This document shows positions 29,310-39,358 of a stretch of 64,000 nt of DNA, in pieces (position 1 is the first letter of the stretch; every line of letters starts with the position of its first letter). The DNA comes from Planctomycetota bacterium. GTDB lineage: Bacteria > Planctomycetota > Planctomycetia > Pirellulales > UBA1268. The notes beneath the pieces are model-generated. The model saw only the letters and a program-made list of their open reading frames with translations, searched no databases and was not told the DNA's origin. The stretch spans positions 65,507-129,506 of the forward strand of contig JAPOIM010000002.1 of assembly GCA_029978905.1 (NCBI GenBank), in the 5' to 3' direction. The translations under genes and the position numbers were made by a program.

Positions 29310-32300
29310 GTGTTTGAAAGTCGATGGTCGGTGAGCGTCGTCAGAGGAATGCTGTTCACTGCGGTCGTCGCATGCAGCATCACCAGCGAGTGTTTTGCGG
29401 CAGACGAAGATCCGTTTGCCTCGCATGTTCGTCCCACAGACCCACGCTCTCCTGCCGAGGAGATGGCGGGCTTTCAACTGCCCCCCGGCTTTGTGGCAGA
29501 ACTTGTCGCCAGCGAAGACGAGATCGCCAAGCCGATGAACCTGGCCTTCGACGACCGCGGTCGGCTGTGGGTCACCTCCTCTTTGGAATACCCCTACGCG
29601 GCCCCGCTCGACACGCCGGCACGCGACTTCATCAAGGTGTTCGAAGACCGTGACGGCGACGGCACATTCGAAACGGCGACGACGTTTGCCGATGGCCTCA
29701 ACATCCCAATCGGTCTCCTGCCGGTGGCCGATGGCGTGATCTGCTACAGCATCCCCAACATCTGGCACCTTCGCGACACCGACGGCGATGGCCGAGCCGA
29801 CGAACGCACTGTGCTCTACGGGCCGATGGGATGGCAGCGTGATACCCACGGCATGTGCAACGCATTTCGCCAGGGCCCCGACGGCTGGATCTACGCCTGC
29901 CATGGCTTCAACAACGAAACGACCGTCAGCGGTCGCGACGGCCACACGATCACCATGCAGTCGGGCAACACCTTCCGCTTTCGTCCCGATGGGAGCCGCA
30001 TCGAGCACTACACCTGGGGCCAAGTCAATCCTTTCGGGATGGACTTCGACCTGCACGGTGACCTGTTTACCGCCGACTGCCACACCAAGCCAGTGACCCT
30101 GCTCCTCCCGGATGGGCGTTACGAGAGTTTTGGCAAACCACACGACGGCCTTGGATTTGTGCCGGCCGTGATGGACCACCTCCATGGCTCCACGGCCATT
30201 GGCGGCATTGCCATCTACGACGACGTGCGGTTCCCCGAGGCCTACCGCGGGCGCAGTTTCGGCGGCAATGTGATGACGAGCCGCATCAACACCAATCGGC
30301 TCGACCACACGGCCGCCACGGTGCGCGCGATGGAAGAGCCAGACTTCCTCGCCGCCGACGACCCCTGGTTCCGCCCGGTCGATCTGCGGATGGGGCCTGA
30401 CGGCGCGCTCTACGTCGCCGACTTCTACAACCGCATCATCGGCCACTACGAAGTGCCCCTCGATCACCCTGGCCGCGACCGCACCCGCGGTCGGATCTGG
30501 AGGATTCGCTACCAGGGTTCCGAGGCCGCCCCCACGCCGAACCTCGCGGCCACTCGGCTCGACCAAGCCGAGCCTGCTGCGCTCGTGTCGGCGCTTACCA
30601 ATCCCAACCGCCTGCTGCGCACGTTGGCCTTGGAGCGGTTGGTGGCGTCGAGCAGTCCTGACATCGCAGCACTCCTCGTCGATCTCTCCACGCAGGAGAC
30701 GGCCCCCGGGGTTGCCCGGGCCGCAGCGGCCTGGTGCCGCGCTCGTCGCCACGAACTTCCTTCCGCCGACCTCGCCACGCTCGCCACCTCGGGCGATGCA
30801 CTCCTGCGGGAGCATGCGATGCGGATTGCGGGAGCAGGCCTGCTGCCAGTGACGGAACCGTTGCGAGAAATCCTGCGTGTCGGCCTTGGGGATGCCCTCC
30901 CCATGGTCCAGCGTGCGGCGGCGATGAGTGTGGCCAGCCTGCCGGCCGACGCCTTGACTGGGCCGAGTGCCGAAAAGCTCGCCTGGCAGTTGGTGAAGAC
31001 CGAGGCCGCGTGCGAACCTTCCGACGTCCACTTGCAGCACACCCTGCGGATTGCGCTGCGCGCGTGCCTGCGTGACGAGGCTGTGCTCTTAGCGGTCGCC
31101 GCCAGGGCGAGCGAACCAACCGATTCTGGCATTGTCGCCTCGGTCTGCCTCGGCCTGGAATCGTCGCAGGCGGCTGATGCGATCGTGCATCACCTCGCCC
31201 ACCACGGTGTCGCCAACCCGGGAGAGCTGCGGGCCTTTGTGGAACACGCCGCCACGCGCGCTTCAGCAGAGGGATTGGCCACGCTCGCCGGCATTGCTCA
31301 GGAACGCTTCGCCGACAACCTTCCGTTTCAGATCGATCTGCTCGAATCCGCACGGCGTGCCCTTGATCGGCAGGGCAAACAGCCCGCCGACACACTTCGC
31401 CAGTGGGCCGACACCGTCGCCCGCCGCCTCCTGCAGATTGATGAATCTGGCCGGCCAGCCGAGCGGTTGGTGGCGATCTCCTGGACCGCTGCGCCGCTCA
31501 GGAAGCATCCCGGCGACAGCACCCCCTGGCCCATCCACTCGCGGACGTCTGCCGATGGAGTCTCCGCGCCCTTCCGCTGCAGCCTGCTCCGGGGCGAGCA
31601 GTGGCGAGGGCAAACCCGCTCAGCACCCTTTCCAGTGGGAGACCGTTTTTCGTTCTTCCTGGCCGGCCACGCGGGCTACCCCGACAAGCCAGCCCACCAA
31701 CGCAACGCCGTACGGCTGCGAGATGCGGCCACCGATGCAGTCCTCCGCGAGGCCTTCCCGCCGCGAAACGACACTGCGCAGCAGGTGGTGTGGGACACCT
31801 CCGACATCGCAGGTCGCAAGGTGCTCCTGGAAATCGTGGATGGCGACGCAGGAGACGCCTACGCCTGGCTGGCCGTGGGCCGTTTCTCGGAAGAAGGGCT
31901 GAATTCTTCAGCCGTCGACAGCGAACGCCAGGCTGCCGCCTCGCTGGTGGCCGCCTACCGACTGTCGAGCCTGATCGACCCTCTGGGCTTGCTGATCACC
32001 ACACTCCCGGCCACGGAAGCCACACGCGTGGCCGCCGCCGACGCCATCAATGCCTTTGCCGCGGATGCCCGCCTCGACGCCGCCGCCTTGGCCTTGTCGA
32101 TGCAGGCAGCGAGCGACGAACAGCGTGCCACCGCCGGGAAGGTGATCGTCGCGCGTGAGGCGGATGCCGCTGCCGATCTGGTGACGGCGATCCTGCGTGT
32201 CGCCACCTCAGAGCAGCAGCGTGCGATGGCCACCAGGCTCGCCGCCGACGAGGCTGGGTGCAGCCTCCTGGCCGCGGTGGTCGAGCAAGGCATCTGCTCG

Positions 32301-32870
32301 CCGCGGCTGCTTGCTGAACCGTCGGTGAGCACACGAATCAGCGGCCTTCGCGACGCAGCTCTGCGCAACCGTCTCCTCGCCCTCGCCGCCACAGCCCCCG
32401 CAGACGATGCCGTGCTCGCGCGACTGATCGACGACCGCCGTCAGGAGTATCGCGAGCACCCGGGCGATGGCGGTGCTGGCATCGCCCTCTTCCGCAAGCA
32501 CTGCGTGGGCTGTCATCAGGTGGCTGGGGAGGGGGCCAAAGTGGGGCCACAACTCGATGGCATCGGCAACCGAGGGCTCGACCGGGTGGCCGAAGACCTG
32601 CTCGATCCGAATCGCAACGTCGACGTCGCCTTTCGGACCACCACCTTCCTCACCACTGACGGACGAGTGCTCTCCGGGCTCGTCACGAGCGAAACCCCCG
32701 ATGCGGTGGCCTGCGTCGACCAGCAAGGGAAAGAGTTTGCCCTGCCGGTCGCCGATATTGAGGAGAGGACGGTGTCGAGCCTGTCGCTGATGCCCGCCAA
32801 CTTCCACGAAACGCTCCCCCCAGACGACATCCGGGACCTGCTGAGTTACCTTTTGTCATTAAGAAACTAA
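29310..32870 (+). CDS. PVC-type heme-binding CxxCH protein (dehydrogenase-like propeller, helical repeats, C-terminal cytochrome c)
   Basis: KPMNLAFDDRGRLWV, DTHGMCN, GQVNPFG, DPWFRPVD, DFYNRIIGHYEV, RGRIWRI; C-terminal CVGCH...VGPQLDGIG...SLMPANF. Start approximate. Confidence 0.92.
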   Translation: MFESRWSVSVVRGMLFTAVVACSITSECFAADEDPFASHVRPTDPRSPAEEMAGFQLPPGFVAELVASEDEIAKPMNLAFDDRGRLWVTSSLEYPYAAPLDTPARDFIKVFEDRDGDGTFETATTFADGLNIPIGLLPVADGVICYSIPNIWHLRDTDGDGRADERTVLYGPMGWQRDTHGMCNAFRQGPDGWIYACHGFNNETTVSGRDGHTITMQSGNTFRFRPDGSRIEHYTWGQVNPFGMDFDLHGDLFTADCHTKPVTLLLPDGRYESFGKPHDGLGFVPAVMDHLHGSTAIGGIAIYDDVRFPEAYRGRSFGGNVMTSRINTNRLDHTAATVRAMEEPDFLAADDPWFRPVDLRMGPDGALYVADFYNRIIGHYEVPLDHPGRDRTRGRIWRIRYQGSEAAPTPNLAATRLDQAEPAALVSALTNPNRLLRTLALERLVASSSPDIAALLVDLSTQETAPGVARAAAAWCRARRHELPSADLATLATSGDALLREHAMRIAGAGLLPVTEPLREILRVGLGDALPMVQRAAAMSVASLPADALTGPSAEKLAWQLVKTEAACEPSDVHLQHTLRIALRACLRDEAVLLAVAARASEPTDSGIVASVCLGLESSQAADAIVHHLAHHGVANPGELRAFVEHAATRASAEGLATLAGIAQERFADNLPFQIDLLESARRALDRQGKQPADTLRQWADTVARRLLQIDESGRPAERLVAISWTAAPLRKHPGDSTPWPIHSRTSADGVSAPFRCSLLRGEQWRGQTRSAPFPVGDRFSFFLAGHAGYPDKPAHQRNAVRLRDAATDAVLREAFPPRNDTAQQVVWDTSDIAGRKVLLEIVDGDAGDAYAWLAVGRFSEEGLNSSAVDSERQAAASLVAAYRLSSLIDPLGLLITTLPATEATRVAAADAINAFAADARLDAAALALSMQAASDEQRATAGKVIVAREADAAADLVTAILRVATSEQQRAMATRLAADEAGCSLLAAVVEQGICSPRLLAEPSVSTRISGLRDAALRNRLLALAATAPADDAVLARLIDDRRQEYREHPGDGGAGIALFRKHCVGCHQVAGEGAKVGPQLDGIGNRGLDRVAEDLLDPNRNVDVAFRTTTFLTTDGRVLSGLVTSETPDAVACVDQQGKEFALPVADIEERTVSSLSLMPANFHETLPPDDIRDLLSYLLSLRN

Positions 32871-32953
32871 CGCAACCTTCTCTTTCCAGGCACGTTCGAA
32901 CGGTATATGCCTTCTGGCTTCCAATCCCCGTTCATCACGAAAGTTTGTGTCGC

Positions 32954-34339
32954 ATGCCTGGCTGGCGTATCGGAATAGTGGGCGGAGGACCGGGGGGCCT
33001 GCTAGCGGCACGCATGCTGGAGAGCCATGCCCCCGTGCCCCCCTCGATCACGATTTTCGAGGGGAGCCATCGCGTTGGCGGCAAGGTCCTCACCGCCCGC
33101 TTCGACACCATGCCAGTCGCCTACGAAGCCGGAGCCGCGGAACTCTACGACTATTCCGAAATCGACGAAGACCCGCTCAAAGAGTTGATTGCCGATCTGG
33201 GCCTGCCGATTCAGCCGCTCGGAGGCTCGTCGCTGATCCACAAGGAAAAACTTCTTGGCAATCTCGATGACCTTCGAGAACTGATGGGCCACGAGGCGGC
33301 GGCTTCCCTGGTCGACTTTCATCACCTGGGTCGCGACCGGCTGTCGCCACGTGAGTTTTACGAAGCCGTTCCGGTGCCTCACCTCGATGCGGCCGACGAA
33401 GGGGCGTTTGACACGCTCCTCTCGGGGATCACGTCGCCGGAAGCCCGCCGTTACATCGAGCGGTTTATCCACAGCGACCTGGCCACAGAGCCGACCCGCA
33501 CCAGCCGTCGCTACGGCTTGGAAAACTACCTGATGAACGACTCGGCCTACATGCAGCTCTACTGCGTAGCCGGGGGCAACGAGCAGTTGATTGATGCCGT
33601 GGCCTCGCGACTCGCCGCCCGGATCGAGTTGAACACGAAGGCACTTGCGGTTTCAAAGGCCGACGACGGTCGCCTGGCAATTGACCTCGAGTCGCCGCAA
33701 GGACGCCGCCGAGAGGTCTTTGACGCAGTGATCTTGGCCCTGCCCATCGCCCCGCTTGAGCAGGTGTCGTTCGCCGGGAGCCGCCTGCACGCCGCGATGC
33801 AGCAGCACATCGCCCACCACAACCATCCTGCCGATTACCTGCGGGTGTCGATCCTCTTCGACAAAGCCTTCTGGAGAGGCCGGTGGGATGATGCCTACTG
33901 CATGCTCGAAGCCTTTGATGGCTGCTGCCTTTACGACGAATCTGCCCGCGATCCCGCGGAAGAACATGGTGTGCTCGGCTGGCTGTTGGGCGGCGAGGCC
34001 GCGATGACCTGGAGCACCCGCGACGATGAAACGATCATTGAGGCGGCCATCGATGCCCTCCCATCGTGGCTGCGCGAACCTGCCCGCAAGCATCGCCTCG
34101 AGGCCCGCATCCACCGCTGGACCGGGGCCGTCAGCGCTCTCCCCGGCGGCTGGGGACCGTTGCCCCTCGACCGGCGGCACCAGCCCGAACCGACCGAACA
34201 CCCCAATCTCTACGTGGTGGGCGACTACCTGTTTGACTCCACCCTCAACGGAGTCCACGATTCCGCCGAGTATGTCGCCCACTGGCTCTCTGCACGCATG
34301 CACGAACACTTCCGTGGTTCAACCTCTGAGCACTCATGA
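32954..34339 (+). CDS. Flavin-containing amine oxidase-like FAD oxidoreductase
   Basis: IVGGGPGGL, EGSHRVGGKV, EAGAAEL, C-terminal VVGDYLFDSTLNGVHDSA (amine-oxidase G-D/E...G...A..S motif). Confidence 0.8.
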   Translation: MPGWRIGIVGGGPGGLLAARMLESHAPVPPSITIFEGSHRVGGKVLTARFDTMPVAYEAGAAELYDYSEIDEDPLKELIADLGLPIQPLGGSSLIHKEKLLGNLDDLRELMGHEAAASLVDFHHLGRDRLSPREFYEAVPVPHLDAADEGAFDTLLSGITSPEARRYIERFIHSDLATEPTRTSRRYGLENYLMNDSAYMQLYCVAGGNEQLIDAVASRLAARIELNTKALAVSKADDGRLAIDLESPQGRRREVFDAVILALPIAPLEQVSFAGSRLHAAMQQHIAHHNHPADYLRVSILFDKAFWRGRWDDAYCMLEAFDGCCLYDESARDPAEEHGVLGWLLGGEAAMTWSTRDDETIIEAAIDALPSWLREPARKHRLEARIHRWTGAVSALPGGWGPLPLDRRHQPEPTEHPNLYVVGDYLFDSTLNGVHDSAEYVAHWLSARMHEHFRGSTSEHS

Positions 34340-35130
34340 ACGCTGCTACCGCTTCTCCTGCTGCTGACGCTTCCTCCGCCGCCTCGTCGCCAGCGACCCT
34401 CCCGGCGGCTCGTCGGGTGGAGACGCTCACCCTCGGCCCGGGCCTGACCCACACGCTCCTCTTGATCCCACACACGGCTGGCGAGAGCCCGGAGGTTCTT
34501 GCCGCCGCACGCCACTGGGTCGCCGAGGCCCCACCGATCCGCAGCCGATCTCCGATCGACCTGCCGGTCCTCCTGCGGCTCTACAACGTGGAGCTGTGCT
34601 GGTCGCCCGAGCGGTCCGCGGCGATTGCCACCGAAGAGCGCTTTGAGAGCGTGCGCAGTGCCGTGTCAGACTTCACACGGCTGGAGGCCGAACTGGCGTC
34701 GATTGAAGAGGGTATCGAAGCGGCCTGGCCGGCATACGAAGCCGACCTGCCGCTGGCCTACGGCTTCACCGAAACCACCGCAGAGTTGCGGGAAGGCTTG
34801 CAGGCTCGCTACAGCAAGGTGATGTCGCTCCACGGTCGCCTCGCCCGGCTCACACGCAGCATCACCCAACCCGCCCCACAGCCGCCAACGCTGGCGGGCC
34901 AGATCGGTGAGCGGCTCCGCGAACGGCTCCGTGTGCATGAGCGCGACGAAGCTGCGGATGGCGAACTCGACGTGCTGGCAGGGCACTACGACGCCTGCGG
35001 ACAGCGATCGAGCGACTTCATGATCGCCCGTCGCGAACAGATGCTCTCCTGGACGATCATCGTGCTCTTGAGCATTGAAGTCCTCCTCTTCACGGTCGAG
35101 CTGCTGGCTTCCGCATCGGCAGGGACCTGA
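34336..35130 (+). CDS. RMD1/YagE (DUF155)-like protein with C-terminal TM helix
   Basis: C-terminus LRERLRVHER...LDVL...REQMLSWTIIVLLSIEVLL parallels the DUF155 ending (...R..l..kLd...LEwiIIiLI.iEil). ATGA overlap with the oxidase gene. Confidence 0.55.
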   Translation: MNAATASPAADASSAASSPATLPAARRVETLTLGPGLTHTLLLIPHTAGESPEVLAAARHWVAEAPPIRSRSPIDLPVLLRLYNVELCWSPERSAAIATEERFESVRSAVSDFTRLEAELASIEEGIEAAWPAYEADLPLAYGFTETTAELREGLQARYSKVMSLHGRLARLTRSITQPAPQPPTLAGQIGERLRERLRVHERDEAADGELDVLAGHYDACGQRSSDFMIARREQMLSWTIIVLLSIEVLLFTVELLASASAGT

Positions 35131-35134
35131 CGGC

Positions 35135-36295
35135 ATGCGACATCTGTCGATCGACATTCTTCGCACGGCAGCCATCTTCATGATGGTGGTCGTGCACTTC
35201 GTGGAAAATCTCTCCGCCACCTACAACACCCACGCCTCCGGCGGGCATCCCCTGACCCCCTGGTGGCTTCCCACAGGGCTCGCCGCCCCGCTCTTCACCC
35301 TGCTTTCCGGGGTCAGCTACGCGATCTGGTTGAGTCTGCAGGAACGTCAGGGTGTCGCCGACGACGAAGTGAGTCGCCGCACCGTTCGCCGCGGGCTATT
35401 TCTCTTTGGGCTGGGGTTCGCCTTCAACATTTTTGTGTGGCTTCCTGAAGACACCTTCAACTGGGACGTGCTAACGCTCATCGGTGGCGCGATGCTGGCC
35501 TTTGCCGTGGTCCGTCACCTCCCTCAGCCGGTCACGCTCGGAATCGCAGGTGCGTGCTGCCTTTTGGCACCGGTGCTGCAAGAAATTGCCGACTATCCGG
35601 CGTACTGGGAGAACTACTACTTCGACTACGACTTCACCCTGAGCGATGTCACGCTCGGTTTCCTCGCGGTGGGATACTTCCCGATTTTCCCCTGGCTCCT
35701 CTATCCCCTCGTGGGGCTCGTCGTCGGCCGGCAGGTCTTCACCGCCAAACACTCCAAGATCTGGCCGGCCGTCTCTGGTGACCGCCGACTGTTTCGAGCA
35801 GGCGGCCTCATGCTGATCGCGGCGGTCGCGGCCTCGCTCATCTCGCTGCTCCAGGACAACCCGGTCGATGTTGGTTTTCGTCCTCCCGGATGGACGATGT
35901 TTCCTGCGTCACCGACCTACATCGCGGGCACCCTCGCCGCCGCGTTTTTCTTGCTGGGCGCTTTGCACCGGCTCGTCGACGTCCCTCCCACCGGAAGCGC
36001 CCGGCAGACACCGCAGGTCACCGTCGCCCCACGCATCACCGCCTTCTTCAACCGCATGAGCCGGCACTCGCTCTCGATCTACCTCCTGCATCATGTGGTG
36101 CACATCTGGCCGCTGTGGGTGTACGGTTTCACGCACTCGGGGGAGCCCACCGAAATCTGGCAGTCGCTGATGCCTGCCTGGGCGTCTGGCCTCCTCGGCG
36201 TGGCCTTCTTCGCTGCGTGCGAACCGCTCTTTACGTGGCTCGATCGACGCGGGCTGCCCACGGCCGAGTCCGTGATGCGGTGGATCTGCGACTAA
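35135..36295 (+). CDS. DUF1624/HGSNAT-like multi-pass membrane acyltransferase
   Basis: SIDILRTAAIFMMVVVH, APLFTLLSG, RRGLFLF, DVLTLIG, YFPIFPW, HSLSIYLLH; about 10 TM helices. Confidence 0.8.
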   Translation: MRHLSIDILRTAAIFMMVVVHFVENLSATYNTHASGGHPLTPWWLPTGLAAPLFTLLSGVSYAIWLSLQERQGVADDEVSRRTVRRGLFLFGLGFAFNIFVWLPEDTFNWDVLTLIGGAMLAFAVVRHLPQPVTLGIAGACCLLAPVLQEIADYPAYWENYYFDYDFTLSDVTLGFLAVGYFPIFPWLLYPLVGLVVGRQVFTAKHSKIWPAVSGDRRLFRAGGLMLIAAVAASLISLLQDNPVDVGFRPPGWTMFPASPTYIAGTLAAAFFLLGALHRLVDVPPTGSARQTPQVTVAPRITAFFNRMSRHSLSIYLLHHVVHIWPLWVYGFTHSGEPTEIWQSLMPAWASGLLGVAFFAACEPLFTWLDRRGLPTAESVMRWICD

Positions 36296-36386
36296 ATCGC
36301 CCCCACACTCCGCGATCGCCCTCGCTACAATCTCCAGCACAATTTGGCGGCCGCCAGAGGTGGCCTGTTTTGCCGAGGGGAATCAC

Positions 36387-37667
36387 ATGACTATCAGCCA
36401 ACACCGATGGGCCCATCCTGTTTCCTACCTGAGCCTTGTCGTCGTGGCGATGGCTGCGGTCGTTGGCGAAGCCGCGGAAGTCTCGCGCGTCTCAACCAGC
36501 AGCGACTGGCCCGGCTGGCGCGGCCCGCATCGCGATGGCGTGGCGACAACCGATGCAACGCTGCCGCTGGAATGGTCTGACGAGTCGCACGTGATCTGGC
36601 AGGTGAACGTGCCTGGGCGTGGGCATGGATCGCCGTGCGTCTTTGGCGATGCGATCTATCTTGCCACCTGCGACGAGGGAGATGGCAGCCAGTCGGTCCT
36701 CGCGTTCGACCGCGCAACCGGCGAACGGCGATGGCAGCGGCAGGTGCATGCCGATGGAGGCATGCGGAAGAACGAACGCTCCACAGCCGCGTCGGCCACC
36801 GTTGCCTGCGACGGCAAGGCAGCCTACATCACGTTTCCCAACAACGGCCGCCTCGTGGCTTCAGCCCTCTCCACAGACGGCCAACTGCTCTGGCAGACCA
36901 CCATTTGCGACTACGAAGTGCATCAAGGCTACGGGGCGTCACCGCTGCTCTATGGCGACACCGTGATCGTGGCGGCCGACAACAAACTCGGTGGCGCAGT
37001 CGCCGCGCTCAACCGCGCTACGGGCGACATCGTCTGGCAGGTGAAGCGGCCTGCCACTCCCAACTACCCTTCTCCGATCGTGCATCACCTCTTCGGCCGT
37101 GACCAGCTGATCATGACCGGCTGCGACAAGGTCGTGTCGTACGATCCCACGAATGGCGACGTGATCTGGGAGATCGCAGGGGCCACCACCGAATGCGTAA
37201 CGACCACGGTCACCGACGGCGAGCGGGTCTATTCTTCGGGCGGCTATCCCCGCAACCACGTTGCCGCCATCCGTGCGGATGGCTCGGGCACCATCGACTG
37301 GGATATTGGCCAGCGGCTCTACGTGCCTTCGATGGTCTACCTCGACGGCCATCTCTATGCCGTGCTCGATGCAGGCATCGCTGTCTGCTGGAACTCCGCC
37401 ACTGGCGAGGAACGCTGGAAGCAGCGACTCGGGGGAACGTTTAGCGCCTCTCCGGTCGTCGTGGGAGACACGATTCTGGCAACCAACGAGGCGGGCCAGT
37501 CGTACCTCTTCCGGGCAACACCAGACCAGTACGAGGCTCTCGGGGAAAACCAACTCGGCGACGAGGTGTTTGCCTCGCCTGCGGTGTGTGGTGGTCGGAT
37601 CTATTTCCGTGTCGCGGACCACGATGGTGATGTGCGGCAGGAACGGCTGGTCTGCATCGGCAACTGA
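36387..37667 (+). CDS. PQQ-binding-like beta-propeller protein (planctomycete expanded family)
   Basis: Signal peptide; DWPGWRGP; GRGHGSP; YGASPLLYGD; FSASPVVVG; VFASPAVCGGRIYFR. Confidence 0.9.
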   Translation: MTISQHRWAHPVSYLSLVVVAMAAVVGEAAEVSRVSTSSDWPGWRGPHRDGVATTDATLPLEWSDESHVIWQVNVPGRGHGSPCVFGDAIYLATCDEGDGSQSVLAFDRATGERRWQRQVHADGGMRKNERSTAASATVACDGKAAYITFPNNGRLVASALSTDGQLLWQTTICDYEVHQGYGASPLLYGDTVIVAADNKLGGAVAALNRATGDIVWQVKRPATPNYPSPIVHHLFGRDQLIMTGCDKVVSYDPTNGDVIWEIAGATTECVTTTVTDGERVYSSGGYPRNHVAAIRADGSGTIDWDIGQRLYVPSMVYLDGHLYAVLDAGIAVCWNSATGEERWKQRLGGTFSASPVVVGDTILATNEAGQSYLFRATPDQYEALGENQLGDEVFASPAVCGGRIYFRVADHDGDVRQERLVCIGN

Positions 37668-37924
37668 CCACACCTTTCGACCTCGCAAAGACCGAACGGC
37701 CTCCCCGCAAGTCGCCTCCCCCACGCAAGACTCCCAGTCTGCCGGCTAAGACGCCGCAAGCCGTGGAAGGTGCGCAAGCGGGCGAAGTGCTGACGTTCGC
37801 TGTTCATCCTCGCAGGGCCGAGTGTCGATGCTAGCGAGAGGATGGTGCGGCCAGTGGTCGCAGTTTCGTGTGCTTTCCGCAGCACCGGCAGGCACCATGC
37901 TCCCCTCGGACTCCCCTGCTCGCC

Positions 37925-39352
37925 ATGCGTCGGCACCGCGTCCACCGCACGATCCTCGCAGCGACTTTCGCAACAGCGTCTTGGCTGGTGGCCACGACGG
38001 GCGGCGCCCAGGCGCCGGAGATGTCTGACGTCGCCCCCGATGAGGTTCGTGAGGCCTGGGAACGTACCGACTACGGGAGCGGCCCCGATCGTCGCATTCA
38101 CCTCCCGCGGCTCGAAGACCACGACATCTTCACCTACGGCTGGATCGAGGCCGGGCTTGGAGCCAACAACTGGGGATCGCCCTTCAACGGCCCGGTCAAC
38201 ATGGCGGACCGTTCCTGGCAGGGCCAACTCAACCAGTTCTACCTGGTGACCGAGCGGGTGGCCGATGGCTCTCAGGGGTGGGACGTTGGCGGACGGGCCG
38301 ACCTGCTCTTCGGCACCGACTACTTCTACACGACCGCGCTCGGCTGGGATGCCTACAACTTCCAGCCACTTGGCATTGAAAACACGGCCGCCTGGGGCTT
38401 CTCCAAAGACTACGGCATCGCGATGCCGCAGCTCTATGCCGACCTTGCGTACGAAAACGTGAACCTCCGCTTTGGACACTTCTACAGCATCCTGGGTTTC
38501 GAGCAGGTGCCGGCGATTGGCAACTTCTTCTACACCCACTGTTTCTCGATGATGTTCTCCCCGTTCACATTCACGGGCTTCCTCGGTTCATGGGAAATCG
38601 ATGACGAGTTCACGGTCTACAGTGGCGTGACCACCGGCTGGAACAACTTCTTTGACGGTCAGCCCATGACGGGTGATTTCGCGATCCTGAACCCCACCTA
38701 CCCAGGCGCCAGCAGCAACGCGAGTTATCTCGGCGGCGTGGAGTACGAGAGTCTCGACAAGAAAGAAAAGATTGCTGTCACAATCACCACCGGCAACGAG
38801 GTCACCACCATCAGCCGAAATCCCGCGGATGGCTCTCTTGTCGGCAATCGAACGCTTGTAAGCACGGTCTACACAAACCGCCTCTCGGACCGCCTGATCT
38901 GGGTTTTCCAAAACGACAACGCGTGGCAGTTCAACGCCAACGTCGCTCCAGCCGCTGCAAATGAGCAGCCAGGCACGGCCCAGTGGTACTCCTTCGTGAA
39001 CTACCTCTTCTGGGAGTTCACGCCAGAGTGGCAGGGCGCCGTGCGACTGGAATACTTCCGCGACAACAACGGCTACATCGTCTCAACGCCCCTCCGCAAC
39101 GAGAGCCAGTTGGGCAATCCGGGCGACTGGACAGGGGGATTCGCGGGTAGCTTTTGGGAGCTGACCTTCGGGCTCAACTGGTATCCCAACGAGAACTGGC
39201 TGATCCGCCCCGAGCTCCGCTATGACTGGTTCACCCCCAACAACGACTCCGTGCCCCTGCCCTACGGCAAGCCCCTCGGCCAAGCCATCGGCGCAGGTGG
39301 CGATCAATACGGCCAGTTCTATGCCGGCTGCGACATGGTCTGGCAGTTTTAG
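37925..39352 (+). CDS. Outer-membrane beta-barrel porin (BBP2/OmpL-like, DUF1597)
   Basis: Signal peptide; QLNQFY, LLFGTDY, MPQLY, GHFYSILGFE, NFFYTH, RLEYFRD, IRPELRYDW; C-terminal aromatic residue (WQF). Confidence 0.85.
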   Translation: MRRHRVHRTILAATFATASWLVATTGGAQAPEMSDVAPDEVREAWERTDYGSGPDRRIHLPRLEDHDIFTYGWIEAGLGANNWGSPFNGPVNMADRSWQGQLNQFYLVTERVADGSQGWDVGGRADLLFGTDYFYTTALGWDAYNFQPLGIENTAAWGFSKDYGIAMPQLYADLAYENVNLRFGHFYSILGFEQVPAIGNFFYTHCFSMMFSPFTFTGFLGSWEIDDEFTVYSGVTTGWNNFFDGQPMTGDFAILNPTYPGASSNASYLGGVEYESLDKKEKIAVTITTGNEVTTISRNPADGSLVGNRTLVSTVYTNRLSDRLIWVFQNDNAWQFNANVAPAAANEQPGTAQWYSFVNYLFWEFTPEWQGAVRLEYFRDNNGYIVSTPLRNESQLGNPGDWTGGFAGSFWELTFGLNWYPNENWLIRPELRYDWFTPNNDSVPLPYGKPLGQAIGAGGDQYGQFYAGCDMVWQF

Positions 39353-39358
39353 TTGTCG

